Shown: positions 17,481-26,199 of the stretch, piece by piece
How positions within the stretch are numbered: position 1 is the first letter of the stretch
Layout: each line of letters opens with the position of its first letter
Translations under genes and position numbers: made by a program
The notes under the pieces: generated by a model
What the model saw: only the letters and a program-made list of their open reading frames with translations
Database searches by the model: none
What the model was told of the DNA's origin: nothing
Assembly (NCBI GenBank): GCA_039920285.1
Contig: JBDSDX010000001.1
Location: 480,001-512,000, forward strand
Length of the DNA: 32,000 nt
DNA from: Candidatus Saccharimonadota bacterium
GTDB taxonomy: Bacteria; Patescibacteriota; Saccharimonadia; Saccharimonadales; Saccharimonadaceae
Direction of reading: 5' to 3'

Positions 17481-17518
17481 AAAATTAGCACTCTCTTGAT
17501 TCGAGTGCTAATTTTGTT
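17481..17518 (+). terminator. Rho-independent terminator after nusA
   Basis: Perfect 13-bp stem AAAATTAGCACTC/GAGTGCTAATTTT (17481-17493 / 17503-17515) with a 9-nt loop and a T-rich tail. Confidence 0.8.
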
Positions 17519-17523
17519 ATACT
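17496..17523 (+). promoter_or_regulatory. Candidate clpC promoter embedded in the nusA terminator
   Basis: TTGATT at 17496-17501, a 16-nt spacer, and TATACT at 17518-17523. The predicted leader is about 60 nt, with AGGAGG at 17573-17578. Confidence 0.35.
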
Positions 17524-17592
17524 GGATAGAGAAGCAGTAAGTGGAAAACAAAAAGCTTGCGCTACCTGTATAGGAGGATAGATAATAGGATT

Positions 17593-20070
17593 ATGGCTGA
17601 TGATTTCGCAGAATTTATCTCGCACCTCACCGATAATGCACGGACGAGCTTGCACCATGCAACATTGATTGCACAGGGCTACGGAACACCGTATATCGGA
17701 ACAGAACACTTATTATTAGGGGTTATGGCACAAGGCGCTTCAGTCGGTGCAAAAATACTAGCTGACGCTGGCGTGACACTTGACCGTGCGCAATCTGCAC
17801 TCAATGTGGTGCCCGTTTCGGCTATTGTCGGAGGGATTACTACTAAAAGTCTGAGTGAAACAGCAAAACTTACCCTCAAGATGAGCTGGGATATCGCACA
17901 GGAATTTCACCAAGACTATCTTGGAACTGAACATATTCTTTATAGTATCCTGACGCAGAAAAATGCTCGTGCGACTGTGTTATTAAAAGATATGAACGTC
18001 AATATTACCGATATTGTCAGTGAACTTGAGGAGTATCTTGACCATCAAGGAGACACTTATAGTCAGACTGATGACGAAGCAATTTTACAAAAGAAAATGC
18101 CGACACAAAAGGGTGCACTTGGGACATTTGGGACCGATCTAACCGCCAAAGCGCGTGCAGGGAAACTCGATCCTGTTATTGGCCGCGGTGAACAAGAAGA
18201 ACGACTTGTGACGATCCTGAGTCGTCGCACGAAGAATAACCCTGTTCTTGTTGGTGAACCTGGTGTGGGTAAGACCGCTATCGTGGAAGGTCTTGCGCAG
18301 CGCATTGTTTCTGAGGATGTCCCAGAACACTTGCTTGATAAGCGTATTATTCAGCTCGATCTCGCTGGTATGATTGCTGGGACGAAATATCGTGGTGAAT
18401 TCGAAGAACGATTGAAAAAAGTTATCAATGAACTACAAGAACAGAAAAATATCATTCTCTTTATTGATGAACTTCACTTGTTGGTGGGTGCTGGTGCTGC
18501 TGAGGGTGCACTCGATGCGGCGAATATGTTGAAACCAGCGCTTGCTCGTGGTGAAATTCGTTTGATTGGCGCTACAACACTCGACGAATACCGCAAACAC
18601 ATTGAAAAAGATACCGCACTTGAACGGCGACTTCAAACGATTGTTGTCCCTGAGCCAAGCCTCAAGGATGCAACAGCAATCCTTAAAGGCTTGAAGCCAT
18701 ATTATGAAAAACATCACGGTGTCACGATTGATGACGAGGTGATTGAAGATGCTGTCTACATGGCTGACCGCTATATTAGTGAGCGATTTATGCCTGACAA
18801 GGCAATTGATGTGATTGATGAAGCCGCAGCTCGTGTGCGTGTTAAATCTGGGCGTAAACCAAGTAAACTGCGTGATTACATGAAGCAACTCCGCAATCTT
18901 AACGAAAAGATGGAAGAAGCAGTAACCGGTGAAGATTACGAACGTGCAGCGCTCTATAAGACACGAATTAGTCAACTTACCGAAAAACTCGAAGAGACTC
19001 GTCTCGAATTTGAAAAGAAAACGCCGATTACACTTGGTGATGATGACATTGCTCATGCAATTTCGCTTATGACGGGAATTCCAGTGAGCCGTGTCCAAAA
19101 ATCTGAAGCAAAATTACTTCGAAATCTTGAGGGTCATCTTGAGAAGTATGTCATTGGCCAACGAGAAGCAGTTGAGAAAGTCGCTCGTGCGATTCGTCGA
19201 AGCCGTAGCGGTGTCGCGAGTAGTAAGCGACCGATTGGCTCGTTTGTCTTTATGGGTCCAACGGGTGTCGGTAAAACAGAGCTTGCAAAGGTCTTGGCCC
19301 GCGAAGTCTTTGGCAACGAAGATGCCTTGATTAAGATTGATATGAGTGAATTTAGTGAACGCCATAACACGAGTCGTCTTCTCGGTGCACCAGCTGGCTA
19401 TGTTGGGTACGAAGACGGTGGTCAATTGACCGATAAGATTCGTCGTCAGCCTTACAGTGTTGTCTTGTTTGATGAAATTGAAAAGGCTAACTCTGAAGTC
19501 TTCCATCTGCTTCTCCAAATTTTAGAAGATGGTTCGTTGACCGATGCAAAAGGTCATAAAGTCGATTTCACGAATGCCATCGTTATTTTAACGAGTAATT
19601 TAGGTGCAGAGCGTATGATGAAAGAATCAAGCCTTGGATTTCACGCCATCACGCGTTCAGACGAGAAAAAGCTTGAAGAATTACATGATGAAAATGCAGA
19701 AGTCGCCCAAGAAGCATTGAGCCGAATCATGCGACCAGAGCTCATTAACCGTTTTGACGCAATCGTTACCTTTAGAGCATTAACGCGTAAGCAGGTTGCG
19801 AAGATATTTGATAAACTGGTAGCAGAATTGCAAGATCGTTTGGTTCGAAAGGGTATTCATCTAGTCATCGAAGCATCGGCGAAACGTTTGATAATCGCCG
19901 AGGGGTATGATGAAAAGTTTGGTGCTCGACCACTTCGTCGTGCATTGCAAGATCTCCTGGAACACCAAATCGCTGATGGTATTTTGTCGGGAGAATATGA
20001 AAAGGGTACGGTACTAAAAATTAGTGCACTAAAGGGCAAAATAAACGTCAATGTCGGACAAGAAGCATAG
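17593..20070 (+). CDS. clpC: ATP-dependent Clp protease ATP-binding subunit ClpC
   Basis: Clp N-domain repeats, two AAA+ modules ([16 protein letters not shown]), a short UVR-like middle domain ([10 protein letters not shown]) and an LGF loop. ATG 17593 (MADDFAEF) is preferred over the track's TTG at 17557. Confidence 0.9.
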   Translation: MADDFAEFISHLTDNARTSLHHATLIAQGYGTPYIGTEHLLLGVMAQGASVGAKILADAGVTLDRAQSALNVVPVSAIVGGITTKSLSETAKLTLKMSWDIAQEFHQDYLGTEHILYSILTQKNARATVLLKDMNVNITDIVSELEEYLDHQGDTYSQTDDEAILQKKMPTQKGALGTFGTDLTAKARAGKLDPVIGRGEQEERLVTILSRRTKNNPVLVGEPGVGKTAIVEGLAQRIVSEDVPEHLLDKRIIQLDLAGMIAGTKYRGEFEERLKKVINELQEQKNIILFIDELHLLVGAGAAEGALDAANMLKPALARGEIRLIGATTLDEYRKHIEKDTALERRLQTIVVPEPSLKDATAILKGLKPYYEKHHGVTIDDEVIEDAVYMADRYISERFMPDKAIDVIDEAAARVRVKSGRKPSKLRDYMKQLRNLNEKMEEAVTGEDYERAALYKTRISQLTEKLEETRLEFEKKTPITLGDDDIAHAISLMTGIPVSRVQKSEAKLLRNLEGHLEKYVIGQREAVEKVARAIRRSRSGVASSKRPIGSFVFMGPTGVGKTELAKVLAREVFGNEDALIKIDMSEFSERHNTSRLLGAPAGYVGYEDGGQLTDKIRRQPYSVVLFDEIEKANSEVFHLLLQILEDGSLTDAKGHKVDFTNAIVILTSNLGAERMMKESSLGFHAITRSDEKKLEELHDENAEVAQEALSRIMRPELINRFDAIVTFRALTRKQVAKIFDKLVAELQDRLVRKGIHLVIEASAKRLIIAEGYDEKFGARPLRRALQDLLEHQIADGILSGEYEKGTVLKISALKGKINVNVGQEA

Positions 20071-21052
20071 CCATCTCCCGTTAATCCTTGCCGTCTCGGC
20101 GAGTCTTATTATCCTTGCCGTGGCGTCGTGGCTGTTACTTAATCGTCAATATGTGACCGATCAAATTAGTGTATGGTCGTATAAAGAATCGGCTAGTGTC
20201 AAGACGATCCAAGATCGTATCGATTTTTCAGACAAGGGCACGTTCTATTTCAAGACAACTCAGCCGGTGGTTGCGAATGCCGATGATTTCAACAAAGACT
20301 GTCCACGTCAGGAAACAGGAAGTCCTATTCTGGGGTGTTATACCGCAGGCCGAATATATATCTACAATATTACCAATCAACAGTTGGATGGTATTGAAGA
20401 AGTGACGGCCGCGCACGAAATGCTTCATGCTGTGTGGGAGCGTATGTCACCGAGCGAACAAAGACATATTGGTTCGTTGCTTCGAACGCAGTATGCACAG
20501 ATGACTGATGCGGATTTAAAAACCCGTATGGATTATTACCAGCGGACTGAACCGGGAGAATTTGAAAATGAACTCCATTCAATTATTGGGACCGAAGTGG
20601 CGTCGATCAACCCTGAGCTCGAGTCGTACTATAAAGAATACTTCCAAGATCGAAGTAAGGTCATTGCGTTACATGTCCAATACAATACGGTCTTTACGTC
20701 ACTGACAAATGAATCGAATACGCTGTACGAATCCCTCGTGACACTCGGTAAAAGTATCGAAGCACGCAGCAATCAATACAATACAGATGTGAAGCAGCTG
20801 CAAGCAGATATTGGTGCATTTAATGACAGAGCAGATAGCGGCACATTTAGTTCACAGGGTGACTTCAATCGACAACGTTCGGCACTTATTACGCGATCAA
20901 ATCAACTCGAAGCCGATCGGACATCGATTAATGACGATATTGCCACATATCAGTCGAAGTACACTCGATATCAAGAACTTGCCTCACAAATCGAAGTATT
21001 AAATAAGAGTATCGATAGCATCCAGGATCTCAACCCGGCGCCGTCATTGTAA
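20051..21052 (+). CDS. Hypothetical membrane-anchored HExxH protein with a coiled-coil C-terminal half
   Basis: 333 aa with an N-terminal TM helix (LPLILAVSASLIILAVASWLLL). HEMLH is encoded at 20414-20428. The C-terminal ~130 aa are rich in heptad-like Q/E/L/S. It overlaps clpC by 20 nt. Confidence 0.6.
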   Translation: MSDKKHSHLPLILAVSASLIILAVASWLLLNRQYVTDQISVWSYKESASVKTIQDRIDFSDKGTFYFKTTQPVVANADDFNKDCPRQETGSPILGCYTAGRIYIYNITNQQLDGIEEVTAAHEMLHAVWERMSPSEQRHIGSLLRTQYAQMTDADLKTRMDYYQRTEPGEFENELHSIIGTEVASINPELESYYKEYFQDRSKVIALHVQYNTVFTSLTNESNTLYESLVTLGKSIEARSNQYNTDVKQLQADIGAFNDRADSGTFSSQGDFNRQRSALITRSNQLEADRTSINDDIATYQSKYTRYQELASQIEVLNKSIDSIQDLNPAPSL

Positions 21053-21056
21053 ATAC

Positions 21057-21064
21057 GGTATACT
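21057..21064 (+). promoter_or_regulatory. -10-like box GGTATACT, 7 nt upstream of the radA ATG
   Basis: TATACT at 21059-21064 and ATG at 21072. The GGTATACTAG string is identical to the one upstream of dnaE. Confidence 0.4.
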
Positions 21065-21071
21065 AGAAGTA

Positions 21072-22424
21072 ATGGCGAAAGCAAAAACTCAATTTGTCTG
21101 TCAAAATTGTGGAGCGGTGCATAGCAAATGGTCTGGCCGTTGTGATAATTGTGGCGAATGGAATACGTTGGTTGAACAAGCTGCCGAGCTTGGGAAATCT
21201 TCAGTTGCGAGGGCGAGCTCTACGGGACGTGCGCTGACCGTTCAATCGATTAAGACAATTAATGCCGATGAAGGCAGTAAGCGCATGACAACCGGTACGG
21301 CCGATCTCGATACTGTCCTTGGGGGTGGTATTTTGCCGGGTGCGGTCATTCTTTTAGCTGGTCAGCCAGGTATTGGAAAAAGCACGCTACTTCTGCAAGT
21401 GACGGCTCGTGTTGCTGAAACAGTACCAGTTCTTTATGTCAGTGGTGAGGAGTCTGCTAGTCAGGTCAAACTTCGAGCAAAACGACTCGGTGCTCAAGCC
21501 AGTGAACAGCTCGACTTTGCGGCGAGTACGAGTGCCAATGATATTGCGGCCACAATTCGCAGTGGGCAATATAAACTTGTCATTGTTGACTCCATTCAAA
21601 CTCTCGCCCTCGATGATATTACCAGCGCTCCGGGAACGGTGAGCCAAATTACTAACAGCAGTAATGTCTTGATTCGTGCAGCCAAAGAATCAGGTACTGC
21701 GGTAATTCTTGTTGGGCACGTGACGAAAGAGGGAAGTATTGCTGGTCCGAAAGTCTTGGAGCACCTTGTCGACGTCGTATTACAGTTTGAAGGCGATCGT
21801 TATGGCGGTTTCAAAGTCGTACGTGCTATCAAAAACCGTTTCGGTTCTACCAACGAAGCGGCTATCTTCGAAATGTACGAAGAGGGGCTCCGCGTAGTGG
21901 AGAATCCATCTGCAGCGCTCCTTGCCGAGCGGCAATCAGCTGACGGCTCAGTGGTACTAGCAACACTTGAAGGGACTCGACCGCTGCTGGTTGAGATACA
22001 AGCCCTTGTGAATCCGACCAATTTCGGGTATCCTAAGCGTACTGCTAGTGGGTTTGACCTCAACCGACTCAATCTGTTAATCGCTGTTTTGGAGCGACGT
22101 ACAAAATTGAATTTATCCGATAAAGACATTTATATCAACGTCGTCGGTGGCCTCAGACTCAGTGATCAAGCAGCCGATCTCGCGATTTGTATGGCTATTG
22201 CTAGCGCAGCCGCGGGACGTCAAATTGATGACGGTATTGTCGTCTTTGGAGAGGTCGGACTCGGTGGAGAGATCCGTTCAGTCATTGGTGTTGATAAACG
22301 TGTAAGTGAAGCTAAAAAGCTCGGTTTCACCCAAGCTATCGCGCCAAAATCTAGTACAAAAAATGCATTTATAAAACCAGTAGGAGACCTGCGTACAGCG
22401 CTCGTCGACTACTTACAAAAGTAA
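21072..22424 (+). CDS. radA: DNA repair protein RadA
   Basis: N-terminal zinc finger CQNCG...CDNCGEWNT, Walker A GQPGIGKST, the KNRFG motif and a Lon-like C-terminal domain. Confidence 0.95.
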   Translation: MAKAKTQFVCQNCGAVHSKWSGRCDNCGEWNTLVEQAAELGKSSVARASSTGRALTVQSIKTINADEGSKRMTTGTADLDTVLGGGILPGAVILLAGQPGIGKSTLLLQVTARVAETVPVLYVSGEESASQVKLRAKRLGAQASEQLDFAASTSANDIAATIRSGQYKLVIVDSIQTLALDDITSAPGTVSQITNSSNVLIRAAKESGTAVILVGHVTKEGSIAGPKVLEHLVDVVLQFEGDRYGGFKVVRAIKNRFGSTNEAAIFEMYEEGLRVVENPSAALLAERQSADGSVVLATLEGTRPLLVEIQALVNPTNFGYPKRTASGFDLNRLNLLIAVLERRTKLNLSDKDIYINVVGGLRLSDQAADLAICMAIASAAAGRQIDDGIVVFGEVGLGGEIRSVIGVDKRVSEAKKLGFTQAIAPKSSTKNAFIKPVGDLRTALVDYLQK

Positions 22425-22431
22425 GGAAATT

Positions 22432-23397
22432 ATGGAATTACTCATAGCCGCTGTTGTCCTTGTGATAGCAGCCGAGACAACCTATTTGGTTGTATCTCAA
22501 AATAAGAAAACAAAACACTCAATGAAAAAACAGATGCCAATCTTCGTTGATACCTCAGTCTTGATCGACGGTCGTATTACATCGATTGCACAATCCGGTT
22601 TTATCACGAGTACTCTGTACATCCCACGGAGTGTTGTCGGTGAACTTCAGTTCTTGGCAGACAACGCTGATAGCGACAAACGAAGCCGTGCTCGTCATGG
22701 ACTTGATGTCGTCAGCGAACTGCAGGCCATGAGCCGCGTGAACGTTGAGATCTTCAGTGATAGCACGAAGGCTGAAGAAGGGGTTGATAATCGACTCCTG
22801 AGCCTCGCGAAGCAATATAAAGGAGCTATCTGTACTATCGACTTTAACCTGAATAAGGTTGCACAAGTTGAAGGTATTATGGTCCTGAACGTTAATGACT
22901 TGGCGATGACGCTTCGCATGGCGTATCTTCCAGGTGAAAAGACAAAGCTCGAACTGATTCAAAAAGGAAATGATCAACATCAAGCAGTGGGACACCTCCC
23001 TGATGGAACGATGGTCGTGGTAGAACACGCCAGTCAATTCCTTGGTAAGATTGTTGAAATTGAATTTATCCGTGGTCTCCAAACGGCTGCAGGCAAGATG
23101 ATGTTCGCACGGATCGTCGGAAACCAAGCACCGAAGCCTCAGAAAGCCGTCAAAACACAATCCGAACAACGACAGCCGAAGGGTCGTCAACCGCGTCCTG
23201 AGCAGTCTGAAGCGGTTGTAGAGCCACAGCAACGCACTGATCGACCCGAACGTGCTCCACGTGCCCCTCGACCACAACGTAGCGAACAATCGACAACTCA
23301 GCAAACTGCACAACCACGTCAGAATAAAAGACAGAATAACAACCGTCGTCGTAACAACGAAGATAGTTTGATTGAACTAGCAAATAAACAACAGTAA
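22432..23397 (+). CDS. PIN/TRAM domain protein (YacL-like) with a basic low-complexity tail
   Basis: One TM helix, a PIN motif FVDTSVLIDGRI...GELQFLADNADSDKRSRARHGLD and a TRAM-like segment GKIVEIEFIRGLQTAAGKMMFARIV, followed by a 91-aa Q/R/P-rich tail. Confidence 0.85.
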   Translation: MELLIAAVVLVIAAETTYLVVSQNKKTKHSMKKQMPIFVDTSVLIDGRITSIAQSGFITSTLYIPRSVVGELQFLADNADSDKRSRARHGLDVVSELQAMSRVNVEIFSDSTKAEEGVDNRLLSLAKQYKGAICTIDFNLNKVAQVEGIMVLNVNDLAMTLRMAYLPGEKTKLELIQKGNDQHQAVGHLPDGTMVVVEHASQFLGKIVEIEFIRGLQTAAGKMMFARIVGNQAPKPQKAVKTQSEQRQPKGRQPRPEQSEAVVEPQQRTDRPERAPRAPRPQRSEQSTTQQTAQPRQNKRQNNNRRRNNEDSLIELANKQQ

Positions 23398-23408
23398 GTG
23401 TTGGCATG

Positions 23409-23437
23409 AAAAGAGCTCCTGTGCGGAGCTCTTTTTT
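23409..23437. terminator. Bidirectional rho-independent terminator between convergent genes
   Basis: Perfect 11-bp stem AAAAGAGCTCC/GGAGCTCTTTT (23409-23419 / 23425-23435) with loop TGTGC. A/T runs flank both sides. Confidence 0.8.
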
Positions 23438-23457
23438 GTTTACTAGCTATAACTATG

Positions 23458-26085
23458 TTAGTAGGTCTTGGTTGCTGAGTAGTAACCGGTATCGAGGACG
23501 TTAGCGGTAATGTGACCAATCGGTGTCGATGCACCAGTATATGTTGCTTGGTAGAAACCACCACTTTGAGTGACAGTGAGTGCCGTTCCGTTAACGAGAA
23601 TGTCGACGCTGTCACCCGTAAGTGCGAAGGTTCCCGCTGTTGCGCTTACCTTGATAAGCCAATTGTTCGGGCCACTTGGTGTCACCAGTGCTGCCGCCCC
23701 TAATAGCGGAAGAGTATCGCTACAGGCGTGCTTATCATCATCAGATTTTGCATCGTAGCCATCAGGGACATTAGCGTAGTTGTCTTTCTTTGTGACAGGA
23801 TCGGTGATCTTGATAACATCGAGGACAATCTTCGCATTTTCAGGTGTACAGTCAGTCGCTTTCTTCTTTGAGAGTTTATCAAAAGTAAGTTTTGCGTTTG
23901 ACTGGCCTTGGCTCTTGTTCCACCAAGCTGGGTATACTTCGTTGCCAACACGTTGGATACCAGTAGGTTGAGTAAACCAGTCGCCTGATTTCCATTTACC
24001 TTCAGGTGCATAGACTTCTTTGTGAGCGAATTCCATCACCTTAGCAACGATCGGGCTACCGAGTGACGATGTTCCTTGTTTTAGAATGGTCGTATCAGGG
24101 TTACCAAGCCATACTCCCATTGTAAGGGCAGGGCTGTAACTCATCATCCATAGGTCCTTCGCGTTTCCACCTTTGTCTGAGGTACCAGTCTTCGTCGCAG
24201 TCTTTACTCCAGGGATACTCTTGGCTGCGTAGCTACCGAGCGCTGCGCTCGCGTTGTTGTCGGTGAGGATGTCGTCGATAATGTAGGCTGATTGTGGACT
24301 GACGACTTGCTTTCCAGCAGTATCTGACCATTTCTTCAGTGTTTCACCAGAGCTATTCTTTACTTCAAGGACACTTGATTGTGGCTTGTAAATACCACCG
24401 CGAGCGATTGAGGCGTAGGCGTTAACGAGGTCAATTTGCTTGATACCACACCCGCCGATTGCGAGTGAGAGACCGGCGTCCTTATCTGAACCATCGGTAC
24501 AGTAGCTCGTACCACCCATGTCATGAATTGTTTTTAGTGTCGAACCAACTGATGCATTCTCGTTGATTGCCATTGCTTTGACCGCAGGGACGTTACGAGA
24601 GGTTGCAAGGCTCACTCGAATCGGAAGGGCACCCTTATATTGACGGTCAGCATTTTGAAGTTTGGCACCATAAATCTGGTCAATCGGTTCGTCAACGAGG
24701 ATACTTCCACTTCCGTAGTTCTGTGACCCGGCAGGTTTTTGCTGGAAGAGTTGCGAATAAACGAGTGCTTTAATAGATGATCCTGGTTGGATAAATGCAG
24801 TCGTCGCATTATCTTGACCGTATCCTGCATATCCGAAGTCTCGACTTCCCATGAGAGCAACAATTTGTCCGGTTTGCGAATCTTCAACTGTCGCAGCGCC
24901 ATTTGTGAATCCAGCGATAGCAGGAGTTGGCGAGTCGAACATTGCTTTCATTGATTCTTCGAGCTTGTCTTGGATACGGATATCGAGGGTCGTGGTGACG
25001 CTCAAACCACCTTTACCAACAGTTGCCGTACCGAGCTCTGTCTCAAGTTGTGAGCGGACCATTTGAACAAAGTGAGGAGCCTTAATACCTGCGTACTGAT
25101 CAGCTTGCGGTTTGATGGTATCGAGAATCGGAACCTTCGCCGCGTCATCGGCTTCTTTTTGTGTGATGTAGCCGACTTCGCGCATGGCGTTGAGGACTGC
25201 GTGTTGACGACCAATGAGTCCTTCATGACCTTCGACATTGTAGGGGTTGTATACACCAGGGTTCTGAGGGATTGCGGCAAGAAGCGATGCTTCGGCAAGA
25301 CTCAAATCTTTGGCAGGCTTACCGAAGTAGGCTTGGGCGCCAGACTCTGCACCGTTACGAGGTCCACCATAGGGTGATTCGTTGAGATAGAGTGTAAGGA
25401 TCTGATCTTTATCGTACATACGTTCAATCTCGATAGACAGAATGAGCTCTTTGATCTTTCGTGGTATACCACCGAATCCTCGATCTGATGATTGATCAGC
25501 GAAGAATACCTGCTTGACAAGTTGTTGGGTAAGAGTTGAACCACCTTGAACTTCACCACCGGTAAAGTTGTTGAAAGCTGCACGGAGTGTACCAGTCACA
25601 CTAATACCACTGTGTTTAAAGAAGTCACGGTCTTCAATAGCGACAGTTGCTTTCTTTAAGTTGTCACTGATATCTTTGCTGTCGACGACGAGCTTATAGT
25701 TGCCACCACCTTTGTCTTCCCAGAGAAGCTGACCATTGCGGTCATAATACTTCGTTACAGTTGACTGGACTCGTTTATCAATTTCGCCCGGACGAATCTG
25801 ATCAAGGTCCTTTCTGAAGTAGGCAAACATTCCACCGATGAGGAGGGCGAATAGTAAGACCATCACACCGACGATCTTTAGGGCAGTAATGATACCGCGC
25901 TTACTGAACCAATAGGCCCAGAAACGTTTTGGGTGCAAACGGTAGAAGAATCGTTTTACGGGATGTTTTGGAAGTGTCGCTAAGTACTCAGCACGATGGC
26001 GTGAGTCAGCATCTTTTTTCGCCTTCCGGCGACGGGAAAGATTGGAATAAACACTGAGCGTGCGCGAAGATTTCTTTTTAACCAC
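23458..26085 (-). CDS. Class A penicillin-binding protein (glycosyltransferase + transpeptidase, PBP1A-type)
   Basis: N-terminal TM anchor, GT51 motifs (EDRDFFKHSGI, GGSTLTQQ, RKIKE) and transpeptidase motifs SSIK, SRN and KTGT. GTG start, with SD GAGGAA upstream. Confidence 0.9.
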   Translation of the reverse strand: MVKKKSSRTLSVYSNLSRRRKAKKDADSRHRAEYLATLPKHPVKRFFYRLHPKRFWAYWFSKRGIITALKIVGVMVLLFALLIGGMFAYFRKDLDQIRPGEIDKRVQSTVTKYYDRNGQLLWEDKGGGNYKLVVDSKDISDNLKKATVAIEDRDFFKHSGISVTGTLRAAFNNFTGGEVQGGSTLTQQLVKQVFFADQSSDRGFGGIPRKIKELILSIEIERMYDKDQILTLYLNESPYGGPRNGAESGAQAYFGKPAKDLSLAEASLLAAIPQNPGVYNPYNVEGHEGLIGRQHAVLNAMREVGYITQKEADDAAKVPILDTIKPQADQYAGIKAPHFVQMVRSQLETELGTATVGKGGLSVTTTLDIRIQDKLEESMKAMFDSPTPAIAGFTNGAATVEDSQTGQIVALMGSRDFGYAGYGQDNATTAFIQPGSSIKALVYSQLFQQKPAGSQNYGSGSILVDEPIDQIYGAKLQNADRQYKGALPIRVSLATSRNVPAVKAMAINENASVGSTLKTIHDMGGTSYCTDGSDKDAGLSLAIGGCGIKQIDLVNAYASIARGGIYKPQSSVLEVKNSSGETLKKWSDTAGKQVVSPQSAYIIDDILTDNNASAALGSYAAKSIPGVKTATKTGTSDKGGNAKDLWMMSYSPALTMGVWLGNPDTTILKQGTSSLGSPIVAKVMEFAHKEVYAPEGKWKSGDWFTQPTGIQRVGNEVYPAWWNKSQGQSNAKLTFDKLSKKKATDCTPENAKIVLDVIKITDPVTKKDNYANVPDGYDAKSDDDKHACSDTLPLLGAAALVTPSGPNNWLIKVSATAGTFALTGDSVDILVNGTALTVTQSGGFYQATYTGASTPIGHITANVLDTGYYSATKTY

Positions 26086-26118
26086 GGTTCCTCATTCTCA
26101 TAAGCAATATCACGATCC

Positions 26119-26124
26119 ATTATA
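26119..26124 (-). promoter_or_regulatory. -10 box TATAAT (minus strand) for the PBP gene
   Basis: The complement of 26119-26124 reads TATAAT. The predicted leader is about 25 nt and carries GAGGAA before the GTG start. Confidence 0.4.
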
Positions 26125-26156
26125 GCATTAAATTGGTCGCGTAAAGCCCTAATGTT

Positions 26157-26165
26157 TGCTATACT
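26157..26165 (+). promoter_or_regulatory. Extended -10 box TGcTATACT for tyrS
   Basis: TG at 26157-26158 and TATACT at 26160-26165. SD AAGGAG at 26184-26189, ATG at 26200. Confidence 0.45.
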
Positions 26166-26199
26166 ACCAGAGTATTAACAGATAAGGAGCTTAGTTTCG

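Noticed and set aside
17519-17592. A possible CtsR operator (direct heptad repeat GGTCAAA-type) in the clpC leader
   Set aside because: No such direct repeat is visible in the leader or promoter region.
18433-19098. A 221-aa ORF antisense to clpC, with similar cases at 6782-7213 and 7936-8346 in dnaE and at 13350-13820 in pepN
   Set aside because: All are nested within long, motif-rich housekeeping genes on the other strand. They have implausible compositions and no promoter or SD context.
22555-23313. A 252-aa ORF antisense to the PIN/TRAM gene
   Set aside because: It is a mirror-frame artefact of the PIN/TRAM CDS and its CAG/CGN-rich tail. The product is Leu/Arg/Ser/Cys-rich with no motif, and the opposite strand carries clear PIN and TRAM motifs.
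26086-26199. A possible T-box riboswitch upstream of tyrS
   Set aside because: The whole intergenic region is 114 bp and is shared with the divergent PBP promoter. The predicted tyrS leader is only about 30 nt, far too short for a T-box, and no specifier or antiterminator structure is visible.
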